Below, piece after piece: positions 24,419 through 34,046 of a DNA stretch of 41,293 nt (the stretch's first letter is position 1; each line of letters opens with the position of its first letter). The notes below the pieces were generated by a model. That model was given only the letters and a program-made list of their open reading frames with translations, was not told the origin of the DNA and did not search any database. This stretch comes from a virus. Lineage: Duplodnaviria; Caudoviricetes. The stretch spans positions 1 through 41,293 of IMG/VR virus record IMGVR_UViG_3300043446_001070. The stretch is one strand, 5' to 3'. Made by a program: the position numbers and the translations under genes.

Positions 24419-25764
24419 CAGTACACCCTGATTCCGGTAGTGCGGCCAGCGCCGGCGTGCAGCGGATTAAACTCGCGCCACACAACATAGCCTAGAGCAT
24501 CATTCATGTGATCATGTCCTGCGTCTTTGTCGGGCTCGCCGCGTTCGGTGTAAGACTGCAGCTCTAAGCATTCAATCAACTTGCGACAAGCGGCATGGAT
24601 CTGCAGCCTGACCTGGCCTTTGCCGTTCTCCAGCAAAGCTTGAACAGCAGCCACGCGATCACGGATGGGAGGATTGCTGCGTGGTGACTGGTTGCTGAAG
24701 CCATAGGACTCAAGGATCTGAATGTCAGTCTGACTTGCGTTGGTGCTGCGGTTGCCGCCGCTGGCATCTGGATAGACGTAAACGCGGTGATCGGGATACC
24801 GCCGCTGGATCTCTTGCGCCAAGGCATCGGTGTCATGCGCGCCGCTGATCTCGTCAATTACCAGCAGGCTGTTACCTTGCCGGATGGCGATGACGGCAGA
24901 CATATTGCCCACGTTGAAGTCAACGCCAACCCTGAGCGGCTCGCGGCTGACATCTGGCGAGTCGGTGACGATGTGCTTGCCGCGATCAAAGCGGTCATAC
25001 ACCTGGCCGGTGGTCAGATTGACAAACTCACCGTCGAGGTAGGCGCGCAGCAGGCTGGGATCGTAGTTGGCCTGCAACCGCTCGATAAAGTCCGGCGGCA
25101 AATGTGGGTTATCGCTGGTGCGCATCCTGATCAAATGCCGGTCAGCACGCGCCTTGGCTTCGTCACTGCCGAAGGTATTCCACATCCAACGAAACCCCTC
25201 AGGCGTGGATGCGGCGCCAAACTGCCGCACATTGCCTGACCGCAAACGTCCAAGGATCTTTGGAAATGCGCGATTGGCAATGCTGGGCGTTACGGTATCG
25301 ATTTCGTCTGCAAGAACCCATGCAAGGTTGAGGCCGATAATCCGCGACCAATTTTCAAAGCTACGGCACAGGATTTTTGTATCACCGCTTGGCAAATGAA
25401 GCGTGTATTCCGGCAATGGTGATGCACGAAAGGTATGTGGTATTTCGTAGGCATCCAAAAAATCATCAAAGTCATTTTGCCAGATGTCACGGATCAACGG
25501 ACCGGTTGGCTCCATTACAGCGCCAATAAAGCCTTGATTGGCGCAGGCCAGTGCTACTGCCTTAGCGCATAATGCGCGAGTTTTGCCGGCGCCATATCCT
25601 GCGCTGACGCCAAGAATCTCGGTGGATTGATCTTCCACAAAAGCAAGTTGACCTGGATGCAGGTCATTGCAAATGCGCTTTAACAGCAAGCTTGCATCAA
25701 TTGCTGTTGCAGCATCTGCTGGCCCTTGCAGCACATGGCCTTCATATGCCGCAAGGATACTCAC
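24418..25764 (-). CDS. terL: Terminase large subunit
   Basis: Walker A AGYGAGKT, Walker B VLADEID, nuclease motifs GVDFN and DHMNDALGY. Confidence 0.95.
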   Translation of the reverse strand: MSILAAYEGHVLQGPADAATAIDASLLLKRICNDLHPGQLAFVEDQSTEILGVSAGYGAGKTRALCAKAVALACANQGFIGAVMEPTGPLIRDIWQNDFDDFLDAYEIPHTFRASPLPEYTLHLPSGDTKILCRSFENWSRIIGLNLAWVLADEIDTVTPSIANRAFPKILGRLRSGNVRQFGAASTPEGFRWMWNTFGSDEAKARADRHLIRMRTSDNPHLPPDFIERLQANYDPSLLRAYLDGEFVNLTTGQVYDRFDRGKHIVTDSPDVSREPLRVGVDFNVGNMSAVIAIRQGNSLLVIDEISGAHDTDALAQEIQRRYPDHRVYVYPDASGGNRSTNASQTDIQILESYGFSNQSPRSNPPIRDRVAAVQALLENGKGQVRLQIHAACRKLIECLELQSYTERGEPDKDAGHDHMNDALGYVVWREFNPLHAGAGRTTGIRVY

Positions 25765-26084
25765 GAGCAGATTTGTGCCAATCGCGCGGCGGTATTGATT
25801 GCACCCAAGGCAATATGAAGATGGCCTTTCTCTCTAGCTTCTTGCTGCAATGTTGCGCATTGGCTAAGAAGATCGGCCACCATCTGCGGGCGCTGCAAAT
25901 CCCAATCGGCGCGCAATTGGTTACGCGCAATCGCTAGATACTTATCGCAAGTATCCTCGGCTACCCCCCAGTTTTCCTTGCCGTGGCGGATGCAGTCTGA
26001 CCTACGCCCGCCATTAGCGATGATGCGGGCAAACGTTTGTGCCCGCATTTCAGTTTCTGCCTTAGTAGTACCTTTGGCAGGCAT
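25761..26084 (-). CDS. Putative terminase small subunit
   Basis: 107-aa helical protein with HTH-like N-terminus overlapping the terL start. Confidence 0.6.
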   Translation of the reverse strand: MPAKGTTKAETEMRAQTFARIIANGGRRSDCIRHGKENWGVAEDTCDKYLAIARNQLRADWDLQRPQMVADLLSQCATLQQEAREKGHLHIALGAINTAARLAQICS

Positions 26085-26089
26085 TTGCC

Positions 26090-27124
26090 CTATTCGCGTA
26101 CTTGAACCGGCATAACCAAATATACCGCATTTTCAGATTGGATGACCACTGGTGCAGTCGGCTGGTTTGTTGCGATGGTGATGTCTTGATCGGCAAAGCC
26201 CTTAAGGCCATCGGCTAGGTAGCGGGCATTGACGGCAAGGCTAGGCAGTTTACCGGCAAGCGCAACGGATTCAGTGCCGCTGCTGGCTTCAGATTCTGCG
26301 GAGATCTGCAGGGCACCTGCTGCAGCTGCCAGCTTGATGATGCCATTGCCTGCAACGACTGCAATCCGCTCAGCGGCTTGCAGTAGCGCATTGCGGTTGC
26401 AGGTAGCCGTTTGCTTGAAGGACGTTGGAATCAAGGCCTGCGCATTAGGGTAAGCGCCATCCAAGGTGCGTGCGACGAGGTGCGTGCCATCGGCAAGGGC
26501 GATGGCCACCTGGCCAGCGGCAAAGGCAAACGATGCCGGCTGCCGCACAGCTGCTAGCGCTTTGGCGGGCACGGTTGCATCAAACGGCGCTGCATCGCAT
26601 GGAATGGCGCGTACGGCAAGGCGATGGCCATCAGTGGCTTCCATGTGGAGCATGGCGCCATCGGCAACCATGTGCACGCCTGTGAGCAGCTGCTTGGCAC
26701 TATCAGTGCTAACAGCGGGCAGCACCGCCGCCAAGGCGTCTGTGATGTCCACCGGAGCGGCTGCAGCAGCATCGACAGTGGGCAGCGCGGGGAAATCATC
26801 AGCAGATGCCACGGACAGGCTGTAGGAGCCTGCTGCGCTGCTGATGGCAAGGCGGCTGCCTTCCAATGCCAGCGTGATGGCATCAGCGGGGTCTAGGCGG
26901 CCGATGATGTCCGACAGCAAGCGAAACGGCGCTACGCAGCTGCCAGTGGTTTCAGCGACTGCTGTGATTGGAGATTGAATCGCCAGCTCAAGGTCATAAG
27001 CCGTAAGCCGATGGGGTTCAATCAGAACACCAGACAGGATCGGGTGTGTTTTGCCATTGCTTACGGCGCGTGATACAGCGCGAAGGGCGCGGGCAAATTC
27101 AGCCTGCAGGATGGCGAGCTTCAT
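26090..27124 (-). CDS. dnaN: DNA polymerase III beta subunit (sliding clamp)
   Basis: THPILSGVL, LTAYDLE, DDFPALP, ATDGHRL, GAYPN, NARYL and YLVMPVQ motifs; likely start MKLAILQ at 27124. Confidence 0.92.
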   Translation of the reverse strand: MKLAILQAEFARALRAVSRAVSNGKTHPILSGVLIEPHRLTAYDLELAIQSPITAVAETTGSCVAPFRLLSDIIGRLDPADAITLALEGSRLAISSAAGSYSLSVASADDFPALPTVDAAAAAPVDITDALAAVLPAVSTDSAKQLLTGVHMVADGAMLHMEATDGHRLAVRAIPCDAAPFDATVPAKALAAVRQPASFAFAAGQVAIALADGTHLVARTLDGAYPNAQALIPTSFKQTATCNRNALLQAAERIAVVAGNGIIKLAAAAGALQISAESEASSGTESVALAGKLPSLAVNARYLADGLKGFADQDITIATNQPTAPVVIQSENAVYLVMPVQVRE

Positions 27125-27305
27125 AAAGTGCGGAGAGGATGCGATTGCAATCAGCTTCAACGGCGGCGATGAGATCGGCGTCTATGGGTTGCTGATCGTC
27201 TTGTGCGTTATCGCGGATCGCAGCTGCATATGCCAGCGCCAGATCCAACGCATCAGACAGTCGAATGATTACCGGCTGTTGCTTGGTGCAGACGGTTGAT
27301 GACAT
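27099..27305 (-). CDS. Hypothetical protein
   Basis: Helical ORF filling the gap between the RHH gene and dnaN; ATG at 27305; start uncertain. Confidence 0.5.
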   Translation of the reverse strand: MSSTVCTKQQPVIIRLSDALDLALAYAAAIRDNAQDDQQPIDADLIAAVEADCNRILSALYEARHPAG

Positions 27306-27528
27306 AAGCCACGAGCAGCTCAACACGCTGATGCGACAGGTCGCCGTGCATGAAGGCCGCAGCGTCTGTCACCAGTCGATGGTAGTCCATCGTGCTCAGC
27401 CTTGCAATATCTGGCGCGGCAAGCGCCCGCCGACGAATGAGTTCCGACCGTGAGACGCCTGCTGCTGTTGCCTCCGCATCAAGCCCAGCGAGGTCAGATG
27501 GGCGGAGTCGGACCTTGATTTCTTGCAT
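27253..27528 (-). CDS. Ribbon-helix-helix (CopG-like) DNA-binding protein
   Basis: MQEIKVRLRPSDLAGLDAEATAAGVSRSELIRRR. Confidence 0.8.
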   Translation of the reverse strand: MQEIKVRLRPSDLAGLDAEATAAGVSRSELIRRRALAAPDIARLSTMDYHRLVTDAAAFMHGDLSHQRVELLVAYVINRLHQATAGNHSTV

Positions 27529-27790
27529 AACGGCAGCCTAACGCTCCGAACGGTCGCCTAACGGTCAGCGTTCGGCCGAGATCGCCCGCCACCACTGGCT
27601 TTTGCCCCTAACCTAACGCTCCTAACGCTAAAAGAGATACATACATAGGTGAAAGCACACCACACCTACCCATCCCCCTATGCCTTCTCTCTATAAGGGG
27701 GGCTCTCTCCAGAAACCGTTAGGAGCGTTAGGAGCGTTAGGATCCAGTCATTGCAAGGGATCTCGGCCGAACGCCTCCGAACGCTAAGCG
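27529..27790. repeat. Iteron-like direct and inverted repeats; putative replication origin
   Basis: Multiple cctaacg/ccgaacg units; 18-bp inverted repeat 27612-27629/27724-27741; 16-bp inverted repeat 27568-27583/27759-27774; directly downstream of the primase-helicase. Confidence 0.7.
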
Positions 27791-30240
27791 GCCGAAATGG
27801 GCACTTGAGTGGCCCTACTGTTACCGCCTGAACCTTTGAACCAAATAACGCCCGCCCGCTGCGCGCCTGGCAAGCGAGCGAGCACGGTCGCCCAGCAGTT
27901 CGCCCAAGGTGTATCCGCAAGAACATGCGCGATGGCGTTCGCAGTGTTGGACACATAGATCCAACCATCCTCAGCCTTGATGCCATTGCGCCCAAGCGTG
28001 GCGCTGGCGAGGTCAGCGGTTACATGCAGGTCAGTGGCGTGGTGCATGGCGATGTCCACCAGCTCGCCAATGGTGCGTGTGACGGTCTTGTCGCCTTCAA
28101 CCCGCATTTGGTATTGCAGGATGCGATGCAAACACCGCTGCTCATCCGGCACTTCTACCGATTGGCTGTACGGCTCCCAGTTGTTCTGCTCAATCAATTT
28201 CCATGCCTGCTCGCGAGTGACTGCCTCACGCGATTGCAATGACCATGCGCCAGCGAGCAGTGTGCCGTATTGATCTCCGAGACGCTGACTGTCAAAGGCC
28301 TCGGCCGCGGCCTTGGTGAATACGCGAACGCTGGCCCGTATTTGCGGAATCAATGCAATAGTGCGCGCCTGTAATCTCTGACCGGTGAATTCAGTGATAT
28401 GGCGATCAAGATCACGATCTAATGCCTCCCAGTGCGCAATCCGCATATCTTTAGGCATTTCACTTGGGTTGCGAAGTGTGAGCTGAGCAAATCTTGATTT
28501 GTCTGCACCTTGCTTTAGAGCTGTTGCAATAGATGACATGAGAAACATTGACCGGATGGTGTAACGCTGTGTATCACCTTCCGGTGAACCCTTGAGGGTG
28601 TGAGCCTTGGACTCTGAGCTGGCGACCCGCGCAAGGCCCAAGATGGCTTGCATTCGCTGCTGGTCGGTGCGCTCATTGGATTCGGCCTCATCAAAAACCA
28701 CAGGCAGCGCATCAGCGCGCAGGGCCTGGCGGATGCCAGGTTCTGTGGTGTTACCAGCTACCACAAGCCCCATATCGCCGAGCAGCGGCGTGATGTAGCG
28801 CTCAAGAATGGCGGACTTGCCGGACCCAGCGCCTGCCGTTAGCCATGCGTGCGGACGCCAGTCAAGCGCTCCGCAAACGGGCGCTAGCGCCACCCATCCG
28901 GCCAGCAGCAAGCCGGATGCCGGCACATCCCAATGGAAGCGCTCTGCCAGTTCAGCAATGACAAATGCCTCGGCATCGCTAAGCGGCTGGGCATCGGCAG
29001 GACCGCGGAGGCGGGCTAGACGCTGATAGAGGTAACTGCTGCCGGCTACGCCATCACTGACAGATCGTGCGCTGCCGTCAATGACCAATCGATCGCCGAG
29101 GTGTAGGACGCTATTGCCGCGATCCCACCAAGCGCCGCGGCCACGGATGCGGTCGGGGCTGTAGACACCAGCTGCAGCCTGCCGCTCAAACAGGCTGGAT
29201 GCCGCTGCTGTCCAGTTTGGGCCGCGGCCGCCGGGATAGAGCGTCTCCCAATACGGCAGTGGTGCAAGCGCTACAAGGTTGGTGCCTGTATGGCTGCTGC
29301 GGCTTAAGCGTGTGACTTGGCCGGTGCGATGCGGCTGGTAATAAAAGGAGTCATTGTCAAAGCCAAGGCAGACGAAATGCTCATCGGCCACGGGCAATGG
29401 CTCGGGTTCTGGCGCAGGTGGCTGCACGGGCTCTGGTTGCTCGATCGGCGCCGAGCGGTTAGCGCGCAGATAAGCAGCAGCATCTGCCGGCGACCATGTG
29501 GCATCAGCCAGGTCCCAGCCCTCGCATATACCTTCTGGCGGGTGCACGATGCGCACTTGCACGACGCCTGCAGCCAATAACCGCGGCGCAAGCTTGGCCA
29601 TGGCTTGGCGGCCTGGGTCGTCGGCATCAGGCCATAGCGTGCAGCGCCTGCCAGCTAGTGGCGACCAATCGGCCTTGTCGATGGCTTTGCAACCGGACGG
29701 CCAGGTGCAGCAAGCAGCAGAGGGGAACAAGCGCGCAGCGGCATCGGCGGCCTTCTCGCCTTCGCAGATCAGGACTGGCGCCGCAGGATCACGCCGCGCC
29801 CAATACAGCGGACGCGGTGATGGTGGTGCCTTCCACCGCCAGCCGGTGCCATCCCACCAGAGCGGGCGGATCTTCTTGCCCGGAAAGCGGCATACATAAA
29901 AGGTGGCGTCATACCGCCAGACGTGCTCGGCGCCTGCGGTGGGTGGCTCCGGCACAACCGATAAGTGCTGCTCAATGCGCTGGCAGGCCTCGGCATACGG
30001 CCAGCCGGTGACCCGCATGAGCAGATCCATGCCATTACCGCCACCGCCGGCGCCATCCCTGCCGCCGCACTGGTTGCAGAACCATGAGCCGGTGCCGTCG
30101 CGGTCGTCAAAGCGGTAGCGATCAGTGCCACCGCAGCACGGGCAAGGCTGGTGGCGATCGGTCAACTGATCTGGCAATAGGCCGCCAAGCTCCGCTAGCA
30201 GGTCAGGCCACCTGCCATTGGTGAGATCTTGGATAGTCAT
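27784..30240 (-). CDS. Primase-helicase (P4 alpha-like Zn finger, TOPRIM and P-loop helicase)
   Basis: CPCCGGTDRYRFDD...WFCNQCG; ICEGEKAADA and WPDADD; AGAGSGKS and VVFDEAE. Confidence 0.9.
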   Translation of the reverse strand: MTIQDLTNGRWPDLLAELGGLLPDQLTDRHQPCPCCGGTDRYRFDDRDGTGSWFCNQCGGRDGAGGGGNGMDLLMRVTGWPYAEACQRIEQHLSVVPEPPTAGAEHVWRYDATFYVCRFPGKKIRPLWWDGTGWRWKAPPSPRPLYWARRDPAAPVLICEGEKAADAAARLFPSAACCTWPSGCKAIDKADWSPLAGRRCTLWPDADDPGRQAMAKLAPRLLAAGVVQVRIVHPPEGICEGWDLADATWSPADAAAYLRANRSAPIEQPEPVQPPAPEPEPLPVADEHFVCLGFDNDSFYYQPHRTGQVTRLSRSSHTGTNLVALAPLPYWETLYPGGRGPNWTAAASSLFERQAAAGVYSPDRIRGRGAWWDRGNSVLHLGDRLVIDGSARSVSDGVAGSSYLYQRLARLRGPADAQPLSDAEAFVIAELAERFHWDVPASGLLLAGWVALAPVCGALDWRPHAWLTAGAGSGKSAILERYITPLLGDMGLVVAGNTTEPGIRQALRADALPVVFDEAESNERTDQQRMQAILGLARVASSESKAHTLKGSPEGDTQRYTIRSMFLMSSIATALKQGADKSRFAQLTLRNPSEMPKDMRIAHWEALDRDLDRHITEFTGQRLQARTIALIPQIRASVRVFTKAAAEAFDSQRLGDQYGTLLAGAWSLQSREAVTREQAWKLIEQNNWEPYSQSVEVPDEQRCLHRILQYQMRVEGDKTVTRTIGELVDIAMHHATDLHVTADLASATLGRNGIKAEDGWIYVSNTANAIAHVLADTPWANCWATVLARLPGAQRAGVIWFKGSGGNSRATQVPISAA

Positions 30241-30377
30241 GCCGCCTCGCGTTGAAGCGCACGGTCCAGCAGCACGCGGATGGCAGTGCCGCGAGACATG
30301 CCATCACCACGCCATGCGTCAAGCCTACGGAGCAGATCTGGTGTCAAGCGCACAGGCGTGGGGTGGGCAAGGCGCAT
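30237..30377 (-). CDS. Small RHH protein, 46 aa (not in ORF track)
   Basis: MRLAHPTPVRLTPDLLRRLDAWRGDGMSRGTAIRVLLDRALQREAA*; ATGA overlap with the primase gene. Confidence 0.7.
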   Translation of the reverse strand: MRLAHPTPVRLTPDLLRRLDAWRGDGMSRGTAIRVLLDRALQREAA

Positions 30378-30391
30378 CGGCTCGCGGTGCA

Positions 30392-30432
30392 GGCTTGCGC
30401 ACCGTAGCCGCCGCTGCTACGGTCGGCAAGCC
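30392..30432. promoter_or_regulatory. Symmetric divergent sigma70-like promoter pair
   Basis: Plus strand TTGCGC(30395)-17 bp-TACGGT(30418). Minus strand TTGCCG(30429)-17 bp-TACGGT(30406). Lies at the strand switch. Confidence 0.65.
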
Positions 30433-30444
30433 ATGCTCGGCGCC

Positions 30445-32703
30445 ATGTCTTACAGCGACTTTCTTAAATCCAAATCCACTGCCTGCGCGCCTGCAGGATT
30501 TGACCCGTATCAGTTCACAGCGCCGCTGTTTCCGTTTCAGCGCGACATTGTGACCATGGCCTGCCGGGTTGGCAGGTTCTGCATCTGGGCTGATTGCGGC
30601 ATGGGCAAGACCGCCATGCAACTGGAGTGGGCGTCACAGGTCTGCCGTTATACCAAAGGCAATGTGCTAGTGCTGGCGCCATTGGCCGTCGCGCATCAGA
30701 CCGTGCGTGAAGGCATCAAGTTCGGCATTTCCTGTGCGTTCGCTGCAACGCAATCTGATGTGCGGCGCGGCATCACGGTGACCAACTACGAGAAGCTGAG
30801 CCACTTTGACCCGGCAGCATTCGATGGTGTGGTGCTTGACGAGAGCAGCATCCTTAAGGCGTATACCGGCAAGATCCGCACGCAGATCATTGAGTCATTT
30901 AGCAACACGCCTTACAGGCTGGCCTGCTCGGCAACGCCAGCGCCGAATGATCACATGGAACTAGGCAACCATGCCGAGTTCATTGGCGTGATGACGCGCA
31001 CCGAGATGCTGGCCATGTTCTTCGTCCATGACGGCGGCGACACCAGCAAGTGGCGGCTTAAGGGTCACGCGCAGTCCAAGTTTTGGGAGTGGGTCTGCAG
31101 TTGGGCGGTGACCATCCGCAAGCCATCAGACCTTGGCTACGAGGATGGGGACTTCATCCTGCCGGAGCTCCGCATTGCCGACTGCACGGTTGAGACGCCG
31201 CGCGATGCAGCTGCTGATGACGATGGCCAGATGGCGCTGTTTGCCATGGAGGCCCGCACGCTGAGCGATCAGCGCCAGGTGCGCAAGGCCTCGCTTCAGA
31301 TGCGCGTTGATGCAGCCGCTGCATTAGCCAATGCCAGCACTGAGCAATGGCTGGTCTGGTGTGATCTCAATGATGAATCAAAGGCGCTCGCTGCCAGTAT
31401 TGATGGCGCGATTGAGGCATGCGGCGCCGATAGCGATGACCACAAGCGTCGCGCTGCGATCGACTTTCAAGATGGCAAGATTCGCGTGCTGGTCAGCAAG
31501 CCGAGCATCTTTGGCTTTGGCTTGAACTTTCAAGGATGCCACAATGTCGCATTTGTTGGCCTGTCACATAGTTACGAGGCTTTCTACCAAGCCATCCGCC
31601 GTTGCTGGCGATTTGGGCAGCAGCATCCTGTCAACGCGCACATCATCTACGACGTTGGTGAAGGTCGCGTGATTGAAAACATCCGCCGCAAAGAAGCAGA
31701 CAGCATCCAAATGGCTGAGGCAATGGTTCAAATCATGAAACAGCAAACCATGGAACAACTCAAGAAGATCCAGCGCCAAGTGATGCCGCACATCACTGAG
31801 CACAAGTCAGGCGACAACTGGCAGATGTATATGGGTGACTGCGTTGAGAGCATCAAGCAACTTGACAGCGACAGCATCCACTACAGCATCTTCAGCCCGC
31901 CGTTTGCGTCGCTGTACACCTACTCCAACAGCGACCGCGACATGGGCAACAGCCGCAACGATCAAGAGTTCTTTGATCACTTTGTCTATCTAGCGAAGGA
32001 GCTGCATCGCGTGATGATGCCCGGCAGGCTAATCAGCTTCCATTGCATGAATCTGCCCAGCAGCAAAGAGCGCGATGGGTTTATTGGCGTGAAGGACTTT
32101 CGCGGCGACATGCTGCGCATCTTCCAAGCGGCTGGCTTTGTTTTTCACTCGGAGGTGTGCATCTGGAAGGATCCGGTCACTGCCATGCAGCGCACCAAGG
32201 CGATCGGGCTGCTCCACAAGCAAATCCGTAAGGACTCGGCCCTAAGCCGTCAGGGCATCCCTGACTATTTGGTCACGGTGCGCAAGCTTGGTGACAATCC
32301 TGAGCCATGCGCCGGACCGTTTACTGAGTTCGCCGGCGAGGAGCCACCGGCCAAGACCGGCGACGTCATTAAAGACAGCATCAATATCTGGCAGCGTTAT
32401 GCCAGCCCGGTGTGGATGGATATCAACCCATCCGACACGCTGCAATACCGCAGCGCCCGCGCCAACGAGGATGAGCGACACATCTGCCCGCTGCAGTTAG
32501 AGGTGATCCGCCGCGGCCTGCAGCTGTGGAGCAATCCCGGCGACGTGGTGCTCAGCCCGTTTGCTGGTATCGGCAGCGAGGGTTACGTCAGCTTGCAGAT
32601 GGGGCGGCGGTTTGTTGGCTTTGAGCTGAAGCCCAGCTACTTCAACTGCGCAGTGAAGAACCTGACCGCAGTTGAATCGCATAAGCAGGGAGACCTGCTG
32701 TGA
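30445..32703 (+). CDS. SNF2-like helicase fused to a beta-class N4C/N6A DNA methyltransferase
   Basis: Helicase motifs DCGMGKT, LDESS, SATPAPN and QAIRRCWRFGQ. MTase motif IV FSPPF precedes motif I SPFAGIGSEG. Likely start MSYSDFL at 30445. Confidence 0.9.
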   Translation: MSYSDFLKSKSTACAPAGFDPYQFTAPLFPFQRDIVTMACRVGRFCIWADCGMGKTAMQLEWASQVCRYTKGNVLVLAPLAVAHQTVREGIKFGISCAFAATQSDVRRGITVTNYEKLSHFDPAAFDGVVLDESSILKAYTGKIRTQIIESFSNTPYRLACSATPAPNDHMELGNHAEFIGVMTRTEMLAMFFVHDGGDTSKWRLKGHAQSKFWEWVCSWAVTIRKPSDLGYEDGDFILPELRIADCTVETPRDAAADDDGQMALFAMEARTLSDQRQVRKASLQMRVDAAAALANASTEQWLVWCDLNDESKALAASIDGAIEACGADSDDHKRRAAIDFQDGKIRVLVSKPSIFGFGLNFQGCHNVAFVGLSHSYEAFYQAIRRCWRFGQQHPVNAHIIYDVGEGRVIENIRRKEADSIQMAEAMVQIMKQQTMEQLKKIQRQVMPHITEHKSGDNWQMYMGDCVESIKQLDSDSIHYSIFSPPFASLYTYSNSDRDMGNSRNDQEFFDHFVYLAKELHRVMMPGRLISFHCMNLPSSKERDGFIGVKDFRGDMLRIFQAAGFVFHSEVCIWKDPVTAMQRTKAIGLLHKQIRKDSALSRQGIPDYLVTVRKLGDNPEPCAGPFTEFAGEEPPAKTGDVIKDSINIWQRYASPVWMDINPSDTLQYRSARANEDERHICPLQLEVIRRGLQLWSNPGDVVLSPFAGIGSEGYVSLQMGRRFVGFELKPSYFNCAVKNLTAVESHKQGDLL

Positions 32704-34046
32704 CCCTCCGCCCCTACCAACAGCAGCTGGTGACCGACATCCGCCTGCAATATCAGCTGGGCAAGCGCAGCGTGCTGGCGGTGCTGCCCACTGGCGGCGG
32801 CAAGACCGTCTGCTTTGCTTACATCGCCGATGCCGCTAGCCGCAAAGGCAACCGGGTGCTGATCCTGGTGCATCGCGCTGAGCTGCTGGATCAAGCCAGC
32901 CGCAGCTTGCCGATGCACCATGGCATCATCGCCGCCAATCGCGCTATGGACCTGGGCCATGCGGTGCAGGTGGCCAGCGTGCAGACCGTGGCACGGAGGC
33001 TGCACTTGCTGCCGCGTGATCTGTTCCAGTTGATCGTGGTGGATGAGGCCCACCACACTACGGCTGGTACTTGGGCGCGGACGCTGGAGCACTTCAATAC
33101 CGCCAAGCTGCTGGGCGTAACAGCAACGCCGATCCGCGGCGATGGCCGCGGCCTTGGCGAGCATTACCAAGCCATGGTTGAAGGCCCCAGCGCGCAATGG
33201 CTGACTGACAACAGCTATCTGGCAGCCGCACGGGTGCTGGCACCGCCGGGGTTTAGCGCCGCCGGCCTACGCAAGCGGATGGGCGACTTTGACCAGCAGC
33301 AGGCCGAGCAGCAGGTGCGCGCCATCCATGGTGACTGCGTGAGCCACTACCGGCAGCACCTAGCCGGGCAGACCGCCATCGCGTTCTGCTGCAGCGTTGC
33401 TCATGCTGAGGCGGTGGCGGCACTGTTCTTGCAGGCGGGTATCCCGGCCGCCAGCATTGACGGCAAGATGGACGCCAGCACGCGCCGCCAACTACTGGCG
33501 GACCTTGGCACTGGCCGGATCAAGGTGCTGACCAGCTGTGCGCTGATTGGTGAAGGCGTCGATGTGCCGTCAGTCGGCGGCTGCATCCTGTTGCGCCCCA
33601 CGGCCAGCGTTGCTCTCCACCTGCAGATGATCGGCCGCTGCCTGCGGCCATCCGGTAACAAGGTGGCGGTGGTGCTTGATCATGTCGGCAACTGCCTGCG
33701 GCTTGGCCACCACTTGGAGCCGCGTGAGTGGACGCTGGATGGATTGAAGAAACGCGACCAGGAGAAGGCGCCCAGCGTCAAGGTATGCCCGCAGTGTTTC
33801 GCCGCCATGGCCAGCCAAGCGCGGCAGTGTCTGGAATGCGGCCATGCGTTTGCGCCGGAGGTGCGAGAGCTGCAGCAGGTGAATGGTGAGTTAGTGGAAA
33901 TGGTTGCCCGCCAGCGTCGCCGCCAGCAAGGCACCGCCCAGACCCTCGACGACCTCCGCCAGCTGGCGCAGCAACGCGGCTACAAGCGCGGATGGGCTGA
34001 GAGGGTGTATCAGGCCAGACTGGCTAAGAGGCATGGCATTGCGTGA
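32700..34046 (+). CDS. Superfamily 2 DEAH helicase with C-terminal Zn finger
   Basis: LRPYQ, PTGGGKT, DEAHH, TATP, QMIGRCLR, CPQC...CLEC. Confidence 0.93.
   Translation: MTLRPYQQQLVTDIRLQYQLGKRSVLAVLPTGGGKTVCFAYIADAASRKGNRVLILVHRAELLDQASRSLPMHHGIIAANRAMDLGHAVQVASVQTVARRLHLLPRDLFQLIVVDEAHHTTAGTWARTLEHFNTAKLLGVTATPIRGDGRGLGEHYQAMVEGPSAQWLTDNSYLAAARVLAPPGFSAAGLRKRMGDFDQQQAEQQVRAIHGDCVSHYRQHLAGQTAIAFCCSVAHAEAVAALFLQAGIPAASIDGKMDASTRRQLLADLGTGRIKVLTSCALIGEGVDVPSVGGCILLRPTASVALHLQMIGRCLRPSGNKVAVVLDHVGNCLRLGHHLEPREWTLDGLKKRDQEKAPSVKVCPQCFAAMASQARQCLECGHAFAPEVRELQQVNGELVEMVARQRRRQQGTAQTLDDLRQLAQQRGYKRGWAERVYQARLAKRHGIA

Noticed and set aside
27678-27995. Minus-strand 105-aa ORF running into the repeat region
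   Set aside because: It overlaps the primase C-terminus out of frame, and its LTLLTLLT end merely translates the iterons.
30280-30444. N-terminal extension of the helicase-MTase in the ORF track
   Set aside because: It overlaps the divergent RHH gene and the symmetric promoter; ATG 30445 is the more plausible start.
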